This document shows, one piece after another, positions 8,554 to 19,465 of a stretch of DNA of 64,000 nucleotides. Below the pieces are notes generated by a model. The model saw only the letters and a list, made by a program, of their open reading frames with translations. It searched no databases and was not told the DNA's origin. The DNA lies in assembly GCA_036274695.1 (NCBI GenBank), contig DASUFF010000030.1, positions 2,510 to 66,509 on the forward strand, in the 5' to 3' direction. Numbering within the stretch: the stretch's first letter is position 1; each line of letters starts with the position of its first letter. Origin of the DNA: a bacterium. GTDB taxonomy: Bacteria > UBA10199 > JACPAL01 > GCA-016699445. Both the position numbers and the translations under genes were made by a program.

Positions 8554-8880
8554 ATGAAAAAAGGATTGGTGATCGGCGCGTTGGCTTTGGGATTGACGGC
8601 CGGAGGAGCGGCTCTCACGACGTCGCAGGACCTCTTCGCACACGCCAAGGAGTTCAAGGCCAAGATGGAGGAGCGCCAGCAGAAAAGGCTGGAGAAGATG
8701 ACCCGCGAGCTGAACCTGACCTCGGATCAGAAGGCGAAGATCCAGTCGCTCTTCAACGATCAGCGCGCGAAGATGAAGGCGATCCGCGAGGAGACGCATA
8801 CGAAGATGCTGGCCCTGCTCAACGCCGACCAGAAGGCGAAACTAGAAAAATGGCGTGAGGGGAAGCGCAAGAAGGACTAG
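8554..8880 (+). CDS. Spy/CpxP-family periplasmic protein (LTXXQ motif)
   Basis: It has a signal peptide and two LTXXQ-type motifs (LNLTSDQKAKI and LLNADQKAKL). The SD is AGGAGGAAAGG. Confidence 0.7.
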   Translation: MKKGLVIGALALGLTAGGAALTTSQDLFAHAKEFKAKMEERQQKRLEKMTRELNLTSDQKAKIQSLFNDQRAKMKAIREETHTKMLALLNADQKAKLEKWREGKRKKD

Positions 8881-8889
8881 TCTTCCTTT

Positions 8890-9429
8890 GTGGCGCCGGA
8901 ACGCGATGATTTCGAGGAGTTTGTCCGAGGCCAGCGGGAGCGCATGCTTCGGCTTTGCGCCGGGATCCTGTCGGATCCCGGCCAGGCCGAGGACGCCGCC
9001 CAGGAGGTTTTCGTGAAGGCCTACCGCGCCTGGGAGAATTTCCGCGGGGAGAGCTCGCGGTCGACCTGGCTCTACCGGATCGCCGTGCGCCACTGCGTCG
9101 ATCTGCTGCGCTTCCAGCAGCGTCTGCGCCGGATGTTCGCCACCGAAGGCGACGCGGCCGCGGAGGCGATGCAGGAGGCCCCCGGCGCGGAGGGCCGGCT
9201 GCCGGGATTCGAGACGGCGGTGGAATCGCGCATCGCCGCCAAGGAGATCCTGTCGGCCCTGCCGGAAGGGGACCGAGTGCTTCTGTCCTTAAGGGAGATC
9301 GAGGGATTGTCGTACGAGGAAATGGCGCGCGTTTTGGAGATTTCGGTGGAGGCCGTGCGTTCGAGGCTCGCACGCGCGCGACGCGCGCTGGCGCGCGTGT
9401 GGGAGAAAAGGCTTCAAGAGGGATCATGA
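8890..9429 (+). CDS. ECF (RpoE-like) sigma-70 family sigma factor
   Basis: It has a GTG start. Region 2 reads AQEVFVKAYRAWENFRGESSRSTWLYRIAVRHCVD. Region 4 reads LSLREIEGLSYEEMARVLEISVEAVRSRLARARRAL. Confidence 0.85.
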   Translation: MAPERDDFEEFVRGQRERMLRLCAGILSDPGQAEDAAQEVFVKAYRAWENFRGESSRSTWLYRIAVRHCVDLLRFQQRLRRMFATEGDAAAEAMQEAPGAEGRLPGFETAVESRIAAKEILSALPEGDRVLLSLREIEGLSYEEMARVLEISVEAVRSRLARARRALARVWEKRLQEGS

Positions 9430-9887
9430 AGAACGGCGACGAACATCTGCAGGTTTATCTTTTGGACGATCCGGAGACGGACGCCTCCGGGCGCCGCTCC
9501 ATCGAGGCGCATTTGGCGGGCTGCGCCGATTGCCTGCGTTCGCTGGAATCCTACCGCCGCGCCCGGCGGCTGATCGCGCCCCCGGAGGTTTCGCCGGAAA
9601 TTTCGGAGGTATCGACGGGGGATTTCGTGGAAAGGGTCTTTTCCAAGGTGGACGCCAAGCAAGCCTCGTCGCGGGAGGCCGGCAAACGCCGCTCGGTCTG
9701 GGCCTGGCCGGCCGCGGCCTTCGCGCTCGCGGCGGCGTTCGCGGCCGCCCTCTACTTCGGGTCCGCGCGGCCGGAGACGGATCAGGATCTGCTGGCGGGC
9801 GGGAACGAAGACTTTTATGAATGGGCGACGACGTCCGCGAGCCCGTCCGACGAGGACGTCTTGAAGGTCGTCTTGGAGGATCTCTGA
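9426..9887 (+). CDS. Zinc-finger (ZAS-type) transmembrane anti-sigma factor
   Basis: It overlaps the sigma gene stop by 4 bp. It carries an HLAGCADC (Hx3Cx2C) motif and one TM segment, WAWPAAAFALAAAFAAALYF. Confidence 0.7.
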   Translation: MKNGDEHLQVYLLDDPETDASGRRSIEAHLAGCADCLRSLESYRRARRLIAPPEVSPEISEVSTGDFVERVFSKVDAKQASSREAGKRRSVWAWPAAAFALAAAFAAALYFGSARPETDQDLLAGGNEDFYEWATTSASPSDEDVLKVVLEDL

Positions 9888-10261
9888 TGATTTCCTGGAA
9901 AACTCTGCTGGCGGGCTTTCTGATCGGTCTCATCGCCGGCGGCGGCTGGGGGGCGTGGTACGCGAAGGAGCACGGGCACTTCTGGGACAAGCCCGGGGGC
10001 CGCGAGGTCCGGCTTCTGAAGGAATTCACCCGTGAATTGGATTTGACGGACGCACAACGCGCGTCCGTCAGCGCCATCCTTCAAAGCCAGAGAGGGAGGA
10101 TCAAGGCGATTCGCTCCGAAATCCGCCCGCGCATGGAAGAGATCCGGGAGCAGGCCGGCGGAGAGATCCGCGCCTTGCTGGGCCCCGACCAGCAGGAGCG
10201 CTTCGATGTCCTGCAAATGCGCATGAAAGAGGAAAGGCGCAAGCGCGAGGAAAACCGCTGA
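9887..10261 (+). CDS. Membrane-anchored Spy/CpxP-like LTXXQ protein
   Basis: It has an ATGA overlap with the anti-sigma stop and an N-terminal TM helix. It carries LTXXQ-type motifs (LDLTDAQRASV and LLGPDQQERF). Confidence 0.65.
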   Translation: MISWKTLLAGFLIGLIAGGGWGAWYAKEHGHFWDKPGGREVRLLKEFTRELDLTDAQRASVSAILQSQRGRIKAIRSEIRPRMEEIREQAGGEIRALLGPDQQERFDVLQMRMKEERRKREENR

Positions 10262-10352
10262 ATCGATAAAAATTAGACGCTTTCCCCTTCCCGCCGCAAG
10301 GCGTTACAATACCCCTATCCCTCACGTCAGGACGATCCACCGGGAGGCGCTT

Positions 10353-11252
10353 GTGCGCGCGGCATGGCTTTTTGTCTGCGTGCTTTTTGTATCCGCGACG
10401 CTGCTGGGCGGCGGGCCGGCGGGGTGCGGCCAGACGGCCACCGAAGAACAGGCGGCCGTCGACACGGACGGCGACGGCGTGGTCGACGAAAGCGACAATT
10501 GCACGGCGGTCGCGAACGCGGACCAGGGCGATGCGGACGGCGACGGCGTCGGCGACGCCTGCGACGTCACCGCCTGCGAGGAGCAGGGCTACGATTGCCA
10601 GAGCCCTCTTTTTCTCTCCTGCGAAACCAAATCCGATTGTCTTTGTCTGATCGACGGCTGCGGCGAGACCTCGGGCGGCGTTCTGGACGCCGACCGGTTG
10701 GATTGCTGCAACGGTTTCTGCGTGAGCTTCGTCGATACGCCGCTGGAAACCTGCGAGGACCTGGCCGAGGCCGCGCCCGCCTGCTCGGAGACGGGCCACG
10801 TCTTTCCCGAATGCGGCTTCAGCGTCGGATGCGACGGCCGGGTGGCTTCCCCCGGATTCTTCGAGTGCCAGGCGGGCTGTTGCGGAAGGCGCCTGCCGGC
10901 CTTCATCGGCGAGGGCGAGCCCTGCGTCGCAGATCCCCTCTCCGAGCCCCAGTGCGATTTCGGAATGGCCTGCGTCGACGGGACGTGCGCCAAGATCTGT
11001 CCGGACGACGGCGCGGGCCAAGCGATCCTGACCTGCGAACAAGTGGCCCTGTTCGGTCCCGAGGGCGATTGCGGAAATTTCGGTTACGAGCCTTGCGATG
11101 AGGAGACGGGTTGTTGCGGCGCCCCGTTGCCGGCCGGTCCCTGCGACCCGTATCCCAGCTGCGGCGACGTCGGAAACGATTGCGCGGCCGTCGGCCTGGA
11201 AGGAGTCTGCGCGACGCCGGACGAGTGCTGCGTGTTGCCACCGGAGCCCTAA
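10353..11252 (+). CDS. Secreted Cys-rich protein with thrombospondin type-3 (DxDxDGxxDxxDNC) calcium-binding repeats
   Basis: It has a signal peptide. TSP3-like repeats read DTDGDGVVDESDNCTAVANADQGDADGDGVGDACD. These are followed by about 40 Cys in CxxC/CC clusters. Confidence 0.6.
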   Translation: MRAAWLFVCVLFVSATLLGGGPAGCGQTATEEQAAVDTDGDGVVDESDNCTAVANADQGDADGDGVGDACDVTACEEQGYDCQSPLFLSCETKSDCLCLIDGCGETSGGVLDADRLDCCNGFCVSFVDTPLETCEDLAEAAPACSETGHVFPECGFSVGCDGRVASPGFFECQAGCCGRRLPAFIGEGEPCVADPLSEPQCDFGMACVDGTCAKICPDDGAGQAILTCEQVALFGPEGDCGNFGYEPCDEETGCCGAPLPAGPCDPYPSCGDVGNDCAAVGLEGVCATPDECCVLPPEP

Positions 11253-12373
11253 TGACCATCACAAAGCCGATTCGTGCGCCGATCGCCGTTTTGCTGGCCG
11301 CGGTGGCCCTGGTGGCGGAGTGCTCCAGCCCCGGGGCGCCTCCGAGGCCGCCGGCCGAGATCCCGGGCTTGGTCGCGTTTCCGCAAAGCGTGGAGATCGA
11401 CGTATCGACCATCTCCTCCGGCGCCGTTCCCGCGGCGCTTTCGACGCCCAAGGCGGCCGTGGGGGCGGGCGGGGAATTCTCCAGCGCCATTACGACGGGC
11501 GCGGACCTGATCCGCACCATCTACAAGGTGTTCGTGGAGATCGGGTTGAGGCCGCTTACCCGCGTCCAGGCGCCGGTCGATCCGACGGTGACGCGGTTCG
11601 AAGCGACGGTGACGGAAGGGGCCACGCCGGGGGATTTCAAGATCGATTTTGCCGATTTCGACCTGGACGGCGACGGCGCCTCGGAAGGCTGCACCGGCTG
11701 CACCTGCCCGACCGGCTGCACCGGCGTTTCCTGCCCCGCGTCGGCCCCTCTCGAAAGCCTCAAGCCCGTCTGTTACCGCGTCTGGTTCCGGGAGGAGGGG
11801 GGATCGTCGTTCACGCGGCTGATGGCCGGCGTCTTCGAGCGGCTGGCGGTCGCGGACGACGCGGCGACGCCGGAGGACGAGAACAATCCCGGCGCCGGCC
11901 GTTTCCGCCGGTTCGGTTTCAACTTCGGGGACGTCTCCAGCGACTTCGCCTCTTTCTACGATTTTCTCGATCCGGACGATCCTCTGAACCGCTCTTCGGA
12001 GGTTTTCCTAAAGACCGTGACGGAGGACCCGGGCGGGGCGATCACGACGTTCAACCATCTGGACGCCGTTCAGATCGGGGACGCCCCGCAAAAGACCGTG
12101 CGCGTGACGGCGGGAGCGGCGTCCAGCCCGCCGAACGAGGTCTTCAAGTACCGGGGAGGTTTCCGGGAAGATGAAGACTTCTTCAGCGGCGTCATTCAAA
12201 ATCCCTCCGAGCTTTTGGAGTTCTGCGCCCGCATCTCGACAGGCGACGCGGCGGAGGATCCGGGCGCGTGCGACGCCCTCGGGATTTCCGTCGTGCCTTT
12301 GCCGTTCCTGAACTTCGCCTCGGAGGACGACGTCGCCGTTCCGGCGGGATTTCCCGAAACGCCTACTTTTTAG
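11252..12373 (+). CDS. Lipoprotein of unknown function with a DxDxDG calcium-binding motif and a Cys cluster
   Basis: It has a TAATG overlap with the upstream gene. The signal peptide carries lipobox LVAEC. It contains FADFDLDGDGASEGCTGCTCPTGCTGVSCP. Confidence 0.55.
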   Translation: MTITKPIRAPIAVLLAAVALVAECSSPGAPPRPPAEIPGLVAFPQSVEIDVSTISSGAVPAALSTPKAAVGAGGEFSSAITTGADLIRTIYKVFVEIGLRPLTRVQAPVDPTVTRFEATVTEGATPGDFKIDFADFDLDGDGASEGCTGCTCPTGCTGVSCPASAPLESLKPVCYRVWFREEGGSSFTRLMAGVFERLAVADDAATPEDENNPGAGRFRRFGFNFGDVSSDFASFYDFLDPDDPLNRSSEVFLKTVTEDPGGAITTFNHLDAVQIGDAPQKTVRVTAGAASSPPNEVFKYRGGFREDEDFFSGVIQNPSELLEFCARISTGDAAEDPGACDALGISVVPLPFLNFASEDDVAVPAGFPETPTF

Positions 12374-12821
12374 ATTGTCTTAAATTCCGGAAAAAACGGG
12401 AGAGGATGTCCCCGCATTCGGTCTTCCGTACGCCGCGGGCGACTTCGATGCGGTGATTGAGCCGGCGATCCCCGGACAGGTCATAGAGGGAGCCGCAGGC
12501 CCCGGCCTTGGGGTCCATCGCTCCGAACACGAGACGTCCCACGCGCGCCTGGATCAAGGCGCCCATGCACATCAGACAGGGCTCGAGCGTGACGTAGACG
12601 GCGACGTCGTTCAGCCGCCATCGCTTCAGCTTCCGCGCGAGCTTGCTGATCAGATAGATCTCGGCGTGGCCGAGAGGGTCGTTCTTGGACTCGCGAAGGT
12701 TGTGGGCGCGCGCGAGGACCTTTCCGTTTCGGACGGCCACGGCGCCGATGGGGGCTTCCTTTTTTGCGGCCGCCTTCTCCGCCTCCCGGAGGGCCGCCTC
12801 CATGAATCGTTCGTCACTCAA
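12363..12821 (-). CDS. tadA: tRNA-specific adenosine deaminase
   Basis: It has the CMP/dCMP deaminase zinc motifs HAEI and PCLMCMGA. It overlaps panE by 4 bp. Confidence 0.85.
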   Translation of the reverse strand: MSDERFMEAALREAEKAAAKKEAPIGAVAVRNGKVLARAHNLRESKNDPLGHAEIYLISKLARKLKRWRLNDVAVYVTLEPCLMCMGALIQARVGRLVFGAMDPKAGACGSLYDLSGDRRLNHRIEVARGVRKTECGDILSRFFRNLRQSKK

Positions 12822-13759
12822 AAATTCAGCTCCTTGGCGGAGAGTTGATCAAGAAACGACAAGAAATCATACAAAATCGTATTGACCGGCGTCGGCACGC
12901 CGAATTTTTTGCCTTCGCGCACCAGAAATCCCGCGAAGGTCTCGTGCTCGAGCCGGCGGCCGCGCTCGAAATCTTGGAGCATGGAAGGTTTCACCGACCG
13001 CAGCTCCTCGCTGGAGAGCGTCAGGTGGCGGTCGATCAGGTCCTCCGCCAGCGCGACCCCGTGTTTCGCGGCTACGGCGAAGACCTCCTTCATCGCGTCT
13101 CCCAAAAGCTTTTTCATAAACTCCGATTCCAGGACGGCGCCGACCGTCGCCCGGGCCACCGTGCAGACCTGATTGAAGGCGGTGTTCCAGGCGAGCTTGG
13201 TCCAGAGGTCTTTTTGAATGTCGTTGGAGGCGTTCACCTCGATCCGGGCCTTATGGAAGGCTTCGACGACGTTCCACAGCCGAGTCGACTTCGAACCGTC
13301 CATCTCGCCGATGGAGACGGTGCCGCGGGCGTTGTGCAGGATCACCCCCGGCTCGACCACCTCGGCGCCGATATAGCAGACGCAGCCCAAGACCTTGTCC
13401 TTCCCGAAGGCCTCTCCCAGCTTGATCTCGTTCTCGACACCGTTCTGGAAGGAAAGGAAGAGCGTTTCGGGTCCGGCGACGGACCTGATCAAGTCGATCG
13501 CCTTGTCCGTATCGTAGGATTTGACGGCCACGACGGCTAAGTCCGGCGGTTCATAGTCGGCGAGAGGGACGGCCGCGTCGACGGCTTTCACCCGCGCGTG
13601 GAAATCCCCGCGGAAGCTTTTGACGACTAAGTCGTGCTTCTTCAGGGCTTCGAGCGTCTGGCCGCGGGCCAGGAAGGTGACGTCCTCCCCCGCGAGCGTG
13701 AGTTTCGTCCCGTAATAGCCGCCGACCGCGCCGGCGCCGACGATGAGGATGCGCATCAT
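12818..13759 (-). CDS. panE: 2-dehydropantoate 2-reductase (ketopantoate reductase)
   Basis: The N-terminus has the Rossmann motif ILIVGAGAVGGYYG. It has the ApbA/PanE C-terminal domain pattern. Confidence 0.8.
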   Translation of the reverse strand: MMRILIVGAGAVGGYYGTKLTLAGEDVTFLARGQTLEALKKHDLVVKSFRGDFHARVKAVDAAVPLADYEPPDLAVVAVKSYDTDKAIDLIRSVAGPETLFLSFQNGVENEIKLGEAFGKDKVLGCVCYIGAEVVEPGVILHNARGTVSIGEMDGSKSTRLWNVVEAFHKARIEVNASNDIQKDLWTKLAWNTAFNQVCTVARATVGAVLESEFMKKLLGDAMKEVFAVAAKHGVALAEDLIDRHLTLSSEELRSVKPSMLQDFERGRRLEHETFAGFLVREGKKFGVPTPVNTILYDFLSFLDQLSAKELNF

Positions 13760-13792
13760 TTCATTTTACGACAGATTCGCGCGAAATCCAGG

Positions 13793-14722
13793 TCAGGCTT
13801 CCGGCTCTTCGGGGGCGATCTCCTTCTGGGCCTTTTGCCCCAAGGGCGCCCACAGGGTGGCCTGGAGCCGGGGATGGAGAGGCATACGCCCGTTGCGGGC
13901 GTTGTCCGGCCGGTAGAGGAGGGCGCTGACGATGGAGGGTTTGTCCTCGCTCTCCTTCGAAACGGAGATCGTCACCACGGGTTCCCGGGAGAGGGGATCG
14001 TCGGTCTCGAAGACCGACAAGGCGCTGACCAGCAGGATCTCGCGCTGCGTCGACGGGAAGGGGCCGGAGAAAGAAAATCGCCCGTTCTTCATCACCATCG
14101 GGATCTCTTCCTGCGAGCCCTCGGGCCTCATCAGTAGGGCGCCCAATTCGTCGTCAGGCCGGTATTGGCCGCATTCGTAGATCAGGGTGGCGATGAGGGC
14201 CGAGAACTCCAGGGCCTTGATCCGGTCCGAGAATCCGGCTTTCAAGTGGTAGCTGCCCGTCGCCACCTCCCAAGACTCGCGGTCTATGAGGACGCGCTGC
14301 GAAATTTCGGCCGTTTCGCCCCACAAGCCGGCCTCGAAGGTCGCCATTTTGGAGTTTCTCAGATCGATGGTGACCCGGCGCGGGTCTTCACTGCGCATGA
14401 ACGTCGCCTCGGCGAATTCCGGTTGGTTGTTCCCGCCCCGGTAGGATTGAAGCATCCAGCCGGCGGCGGGCTGCGGCAGGGGCTGGGGGAACATGTGGTC
14501 GGTCAGATCGAAATAGCGCCGGAAGTTTTCGCAGTCTTCGAAGAGGCGCGTGGCGACCTCGACGGTGGCTTGGGCCCCCTCCCGGTCCAGCATGACCCGG
14601 CGGGCGAAGGCCGGCTCGGTCACGGAGCCGTTCCACTTGGGAACGATCAGGCTCCCGCTGGACGGGTAGGGAACCCAGGCGTTCAGCAGGGGTGCGCACA
14701 GAAAAGGGGCGTTGAAGGACAT
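13793..14722 (-). CDS. Hypothetical protein (309 aa)
   Basis: A long ORF with good third-position GC and no motif I recognise. Confidence 0.45.
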   Translation of the reverse strand: MSFNAPFLCAPLLNAWVPYPSSGSLIVPKWNGSVTEPAFARRVMLDREGAQATVEVATRLFEDCENFRRYFDLTDHMFPQPLPQPAAGWMLQSYRGGNNQPEFAEATFMRSEDPRRVTIDLRNSKMATFEAGLWGETAEISQRVLIDRESWEVATGSYHLKAGFSDRIKALEFSALIATLIYECGQYRPDDELGALLMRPEGSQEEIPMVMKNGRFSFSGPFPSTQREILLVSALSVFETDDPLSREPVVTISVSKESEDKPSIVSALLYRPDNARNGRMPLHPRLQATLWAPLGQKAQKEIAPEEPEA

Positions 14723-14766
14723 GGCCCACTATCGGACCTTTTGGAAAGAAGTTGCGGGGTGCCGTC

Positions 14767-15090
14767 TTACTCGAAATAGCAGACGTACTCGCAGATCCCG
14801 CCCTCGGCGGTGATCGTGAAGGCCGAGTTTCCCGGAATTCGGAATTCCTGACCCGATTCGTGCGCCGTCAGGACGCCGCTGGCCTGGACGACCTTGCATC
14901 GGCCGGCGGTGATGACCATGCGCTCCGGGGCTCCGGTGTTGAATTTGTAGGTGCCGGGATAGATCAGCCCCAAGGTGAACTTCTTTCCGTTCTTGTCGTA
15001 GACGGAATGGCTGACGACCTTACCGTCGAAATAGACGTTGGCCTTGGCGTCGACGCTGACGTTTTCGAATTTCTGCGCGGGTGCGGTCAT
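14767..15090 (-). CDS. ppnP: Pyrimidine/purine nucleoside phosphorylase PpnP (DUF1255, cupin)
   Basis: NVYFDGKVVSHSV, TAGRCKV and EFRIPGNSAFTI match the YaiE/PpnP blocks. It starts at MTAPAQ. Confidence 0.75.
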   Translation of the reverse strand: MTAPAQKFENVSVDAKANVYFDGKVVSHSVYDKNGKKFTLGLIYPGTYKFNTGAPERMVITAGRCKVVQASGVLTAHESGQEFRIPGNSAFTITAEGGICEYVCYFE

Positions 15091-15133
15091 GGAGTCCTCC
15101 GTGAATTCATGTAGGGGCGAGGTAACCTCGCCC

Positions 15134-17086
<1,953 letters not shown>

Positions 17087-17098
17087 GTCGCTCCCTCG

Positions 17099-18076
17099 TT
17101 ACCGCCCGCCGCCCCTCGGCCGGCCCATCGGCGAGAAGGGGCTCGCGTTCTGGCCGCCCGCGGCCTTGAACTGGACGATCAGGATCGTCTCTCCCTCTTT
17201 GAGGCCCGAGACGATCTCTGTCCGCTTTCCGTCGTTCAATCCCGTCGTCACCGTCCGCTCCTCCGGCTTGCCGCGTCCCTGCTTCACCAGGACGATCGCC
17301 TTGCCCTCCCGCTTCTTGACCGCCTCCGAAGGAATCAAAAGGACGTCGGGCTTGGAATCGACCAGGAAATTCACGTTGGCCGTCATGCCGCTCCTTAAGA
17401 CCTCGGGCGGCAGGTCGGGGAGGACGTCGATGATGTAGGTGGTGACGTTGTTCACCGTCGTCGCGTCGTAGGCGATCTTGTCGACGTGGGCGGGAAATTC
17501 CTTTTGAGGGTAGGCGTCCAGCGTGATCTTGGCGTCCTGCTTCAGTTTGACCTGGGCGATGTCGGTCTCGTCCACCTGGGCCTTGACGGTCAGGCGGTCC
17601 GACATGACGAAGAGGGCGTCGGTGCCGGCGAAGGTCTGGCCCTGCTGGACGTTTTTCAAGATGATGGTGCCGTCGATGGGCGCCAGGACCGGCGTCGCAT
17701 TGTAGAACTCCTCCCAACGTTTCAACTCCGCCGGGCCGCGCGCGCGCGCGGCGTCGAGCAGGGCGGCGCGCTCGGTCGAACTCATCCAGCCCAGCACCTG
17801 GCCCCGCTTCACGGCGTCGCCTTCCTCGCTCAAGACTTGCTCCACGCGCCCGGCGATGGGCGGCTTGATCTCCAGCCGGTTCTCCGGCGCTACCGTGCCG
17901 GTGGCCAGGATGGTGACGTCGATCTGGCCGCGTTTGACGGAGACCTCGCGGTATGTGGGCGCCTGGTCCGATTTCTTTTTCCAGACGAAGACCGCGATCA
18001 GGACGAGGACGACGACGCTTCCGGCCACGGCCCACTTGACGGGGAATTTACGTTTCTTGCCGTTGGTGGTGTTCAT
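17099..18076 (-). CDS. macA: MacA/HlyD-family periplasmic adaptor (membrane fusion protein)
   Basis: It has an N-terminal TM anchor and lipoyl/beta-barrel blocks. It sits immediately upstream of macB. Confidence 0.8.
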   Translation of the reverse strand: MNTTNGKKRKFPVKWAVAGSVVVLVLIAVFVWKKKSDQAPTYREVSVKRGQIDVTILATGTVAPENRLEIKPPIAGRVEQVLSEEGDAVKRGQVLGWMSSTERAALLDAARARGPAELKRWEEFYNATPVLAPIDGTIILKNVQQGQTFAGTDALFVMSDRLTVKAQVDETDIAQVKLKQDAKITLDAYPQKEFPAHVDKIAYDATTVNNVTTYIIDVLPDLPPEVLRSGMTANVNFLVDSKPDVLLIPSEAVKKREGKAIVLVKQGRGKPEERTVTTGLNDGKRTEIVSGLKEGETILIVQFKAAGGQNASPFSPMGRPRGGGR

Positions 18077-19378
18077 TTAAGGTAGGACCCCCTTGCCTTG
18101 AGCCTGCTCCCACGCCGCCTCGGCGATGATGCGGTCGCGCCGGCTCTGCAACACGGCCTTTTCGCGGTTGATCAGGTCGTTCTCGATGATATCCCAGTCC
18201 TGGAAGGAGAGCAGGCCGTTGTTGTATTGCGCGCGCGCGATGTCGGCCCGGACGGTGGCCGCCTCCAGGAAGGATTGATCGGTCTTGAGCCTCTCCACTG
18301 ATTCCTCATAGGCCGTGTAGGCTTGCACCAGCGCGGAGCGCACCGCAGTTTCGGTGTCCGTTTGATTGAAGCGGGCCGCGGCATCCAGGGCCTTCGCGCT
18401 CTTCACGTTGTAGAAATCCCTCCCGCCGTTGAAGATCGGGATGGAGAGGTTGGCCCCCACCGACCAGGCGCCTTCGGTGGGGAAGAAGGAATCGTCCTGG
18501 GTGCCGACGGCGGCGTTGACGTTCAACGCGGGGAAGAAGGCCGAGCGCGCGGCGGTGATGGTTTCCTTGGCGAATTTCTTGCGGCTGACGGCGTCGCGGT
18601 AGTCCGGCGTGTCCCGCATCATCGCGTCCAGATCCGCCGGCGGCTTGGGGGAGGTGAGGGGAATGCCGCCCGCCACATGGAGGCCGTCTCCGGAATCGCG
18701 TCCCAGCGCCTTGGCCAATTGATGCTGCGCCGTCTTCACGTCGTCCTTGGCCTGGAGGCTCCCGAACTCCGCGTCCTTCAAGTTGGCCTGGGAGAGGAGC
18801 AGCGAGCCCTTGTTTTCCTGGCCGCTGTCGAAGCGGAGCTCCACCATGTCCTTGTTGTCCTTGCGGCGTTTGATGATTTCCCGGGCGAGCTTTTGGGAGG
18901 ACTGGGCGAATTGGAGGCCGGCGAAGGCCGATTTCAAATCGAAGCTGATCTTGGCGGCGGTGCCCTCCAAGGCCGCGGAGGCGATGCCTTCGTTGGCCTT
19001 GGCCTGGTTGACCCTGGCCTTGTCGGCGAAGCCGTTGAAGATGTTTTGGCTCGCCTGAAGGGACGAGGAAAAGGTGGAACGGTTATTACCGGTGGTGAAG
19101 GTCGACCCGGTAGGGACGATCGTCCCCGCCGCATTGAACGAATCGCTGTTGCTGTAGCCTAGATTGCCCGCGACCTGAGGAAAGAAATTACTGCGCGCCG
19201 ACTTGGTCAGGTAGCGGGACGACGAGACTCTCTCGCGCGATGAGTTCAACTCCGGATTCACTCGGGCGGCCTCCTCCACGCATTGCTTCCACGTCAACGT
19301 TTCGGCGCCCGCGGGGGCCGCGGAGAGGCCCGCCAGTCCCAGGGCGGCCAGAAACGAAAAAATGAGGGGGATTTTCAT
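18077..19378 (-). CDS. TolC-family outer membrane efflux protein
   Basis: It has a signal peptide and two repeated OMF halves. It sits immediately upstream of macA. Confidence 0.8.
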   Translation of the reverse strand: MKIPLIFSFLAALGLAGLSAAPAGAETLTWKQCVEEAARVNPELNSSRERVSSSRYLTKSARSNFFPQVAGNLGYSNSDSFNAAGTIVPTGSTFTTGNNRSTFSSSLQASQNIFNGFADKARVNQAKANEGIASAALEGTAAKISFDLKSAFAGLQFAQSSQKLAREIIKRRKDNKDMVELRFDSGQENKGSLLLSQANLKDAEFGSLQAKDDVKTAQHQLAKALGRDSGDGLHVAGGIPLTSPKPPADLDAMMRDTPDYRDAVSRKKFAKETITAARSAFFPALNVNAAVGTQDDSFFPTEGAWSVGANLSIPIFNGGRDFYNVKSAKALDAAARFNQTDTETAVRSALVQAYTAYEESVERLKTDQSFLEAATVRADIARAQYNNGLLSFQDWDIIENDLINREKAVLQSRRDRIIAEAAWEQAQGKGVLP

Positions 19379-19465
19379 TGTTTCTTAGACGGCGGCCAAT
19401 CCCTAAAAGTGTCGGGAAAAACGGGCCCTTGGGAAATCCCCTAGCATGGGTTAATTTGAAAAGGC

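Noticed and set aside
10101-11520. Several Arg/Gly/Pro-rich ORFs on both strands (10101..11042 minus, 10364..11101 plus, 10903..11520 minus)
   Set aside because: They are alternative-frame artefacts over the Cys-rich TSP3 lipoprotein gene. Their composition is extreme and they have no start-site support.
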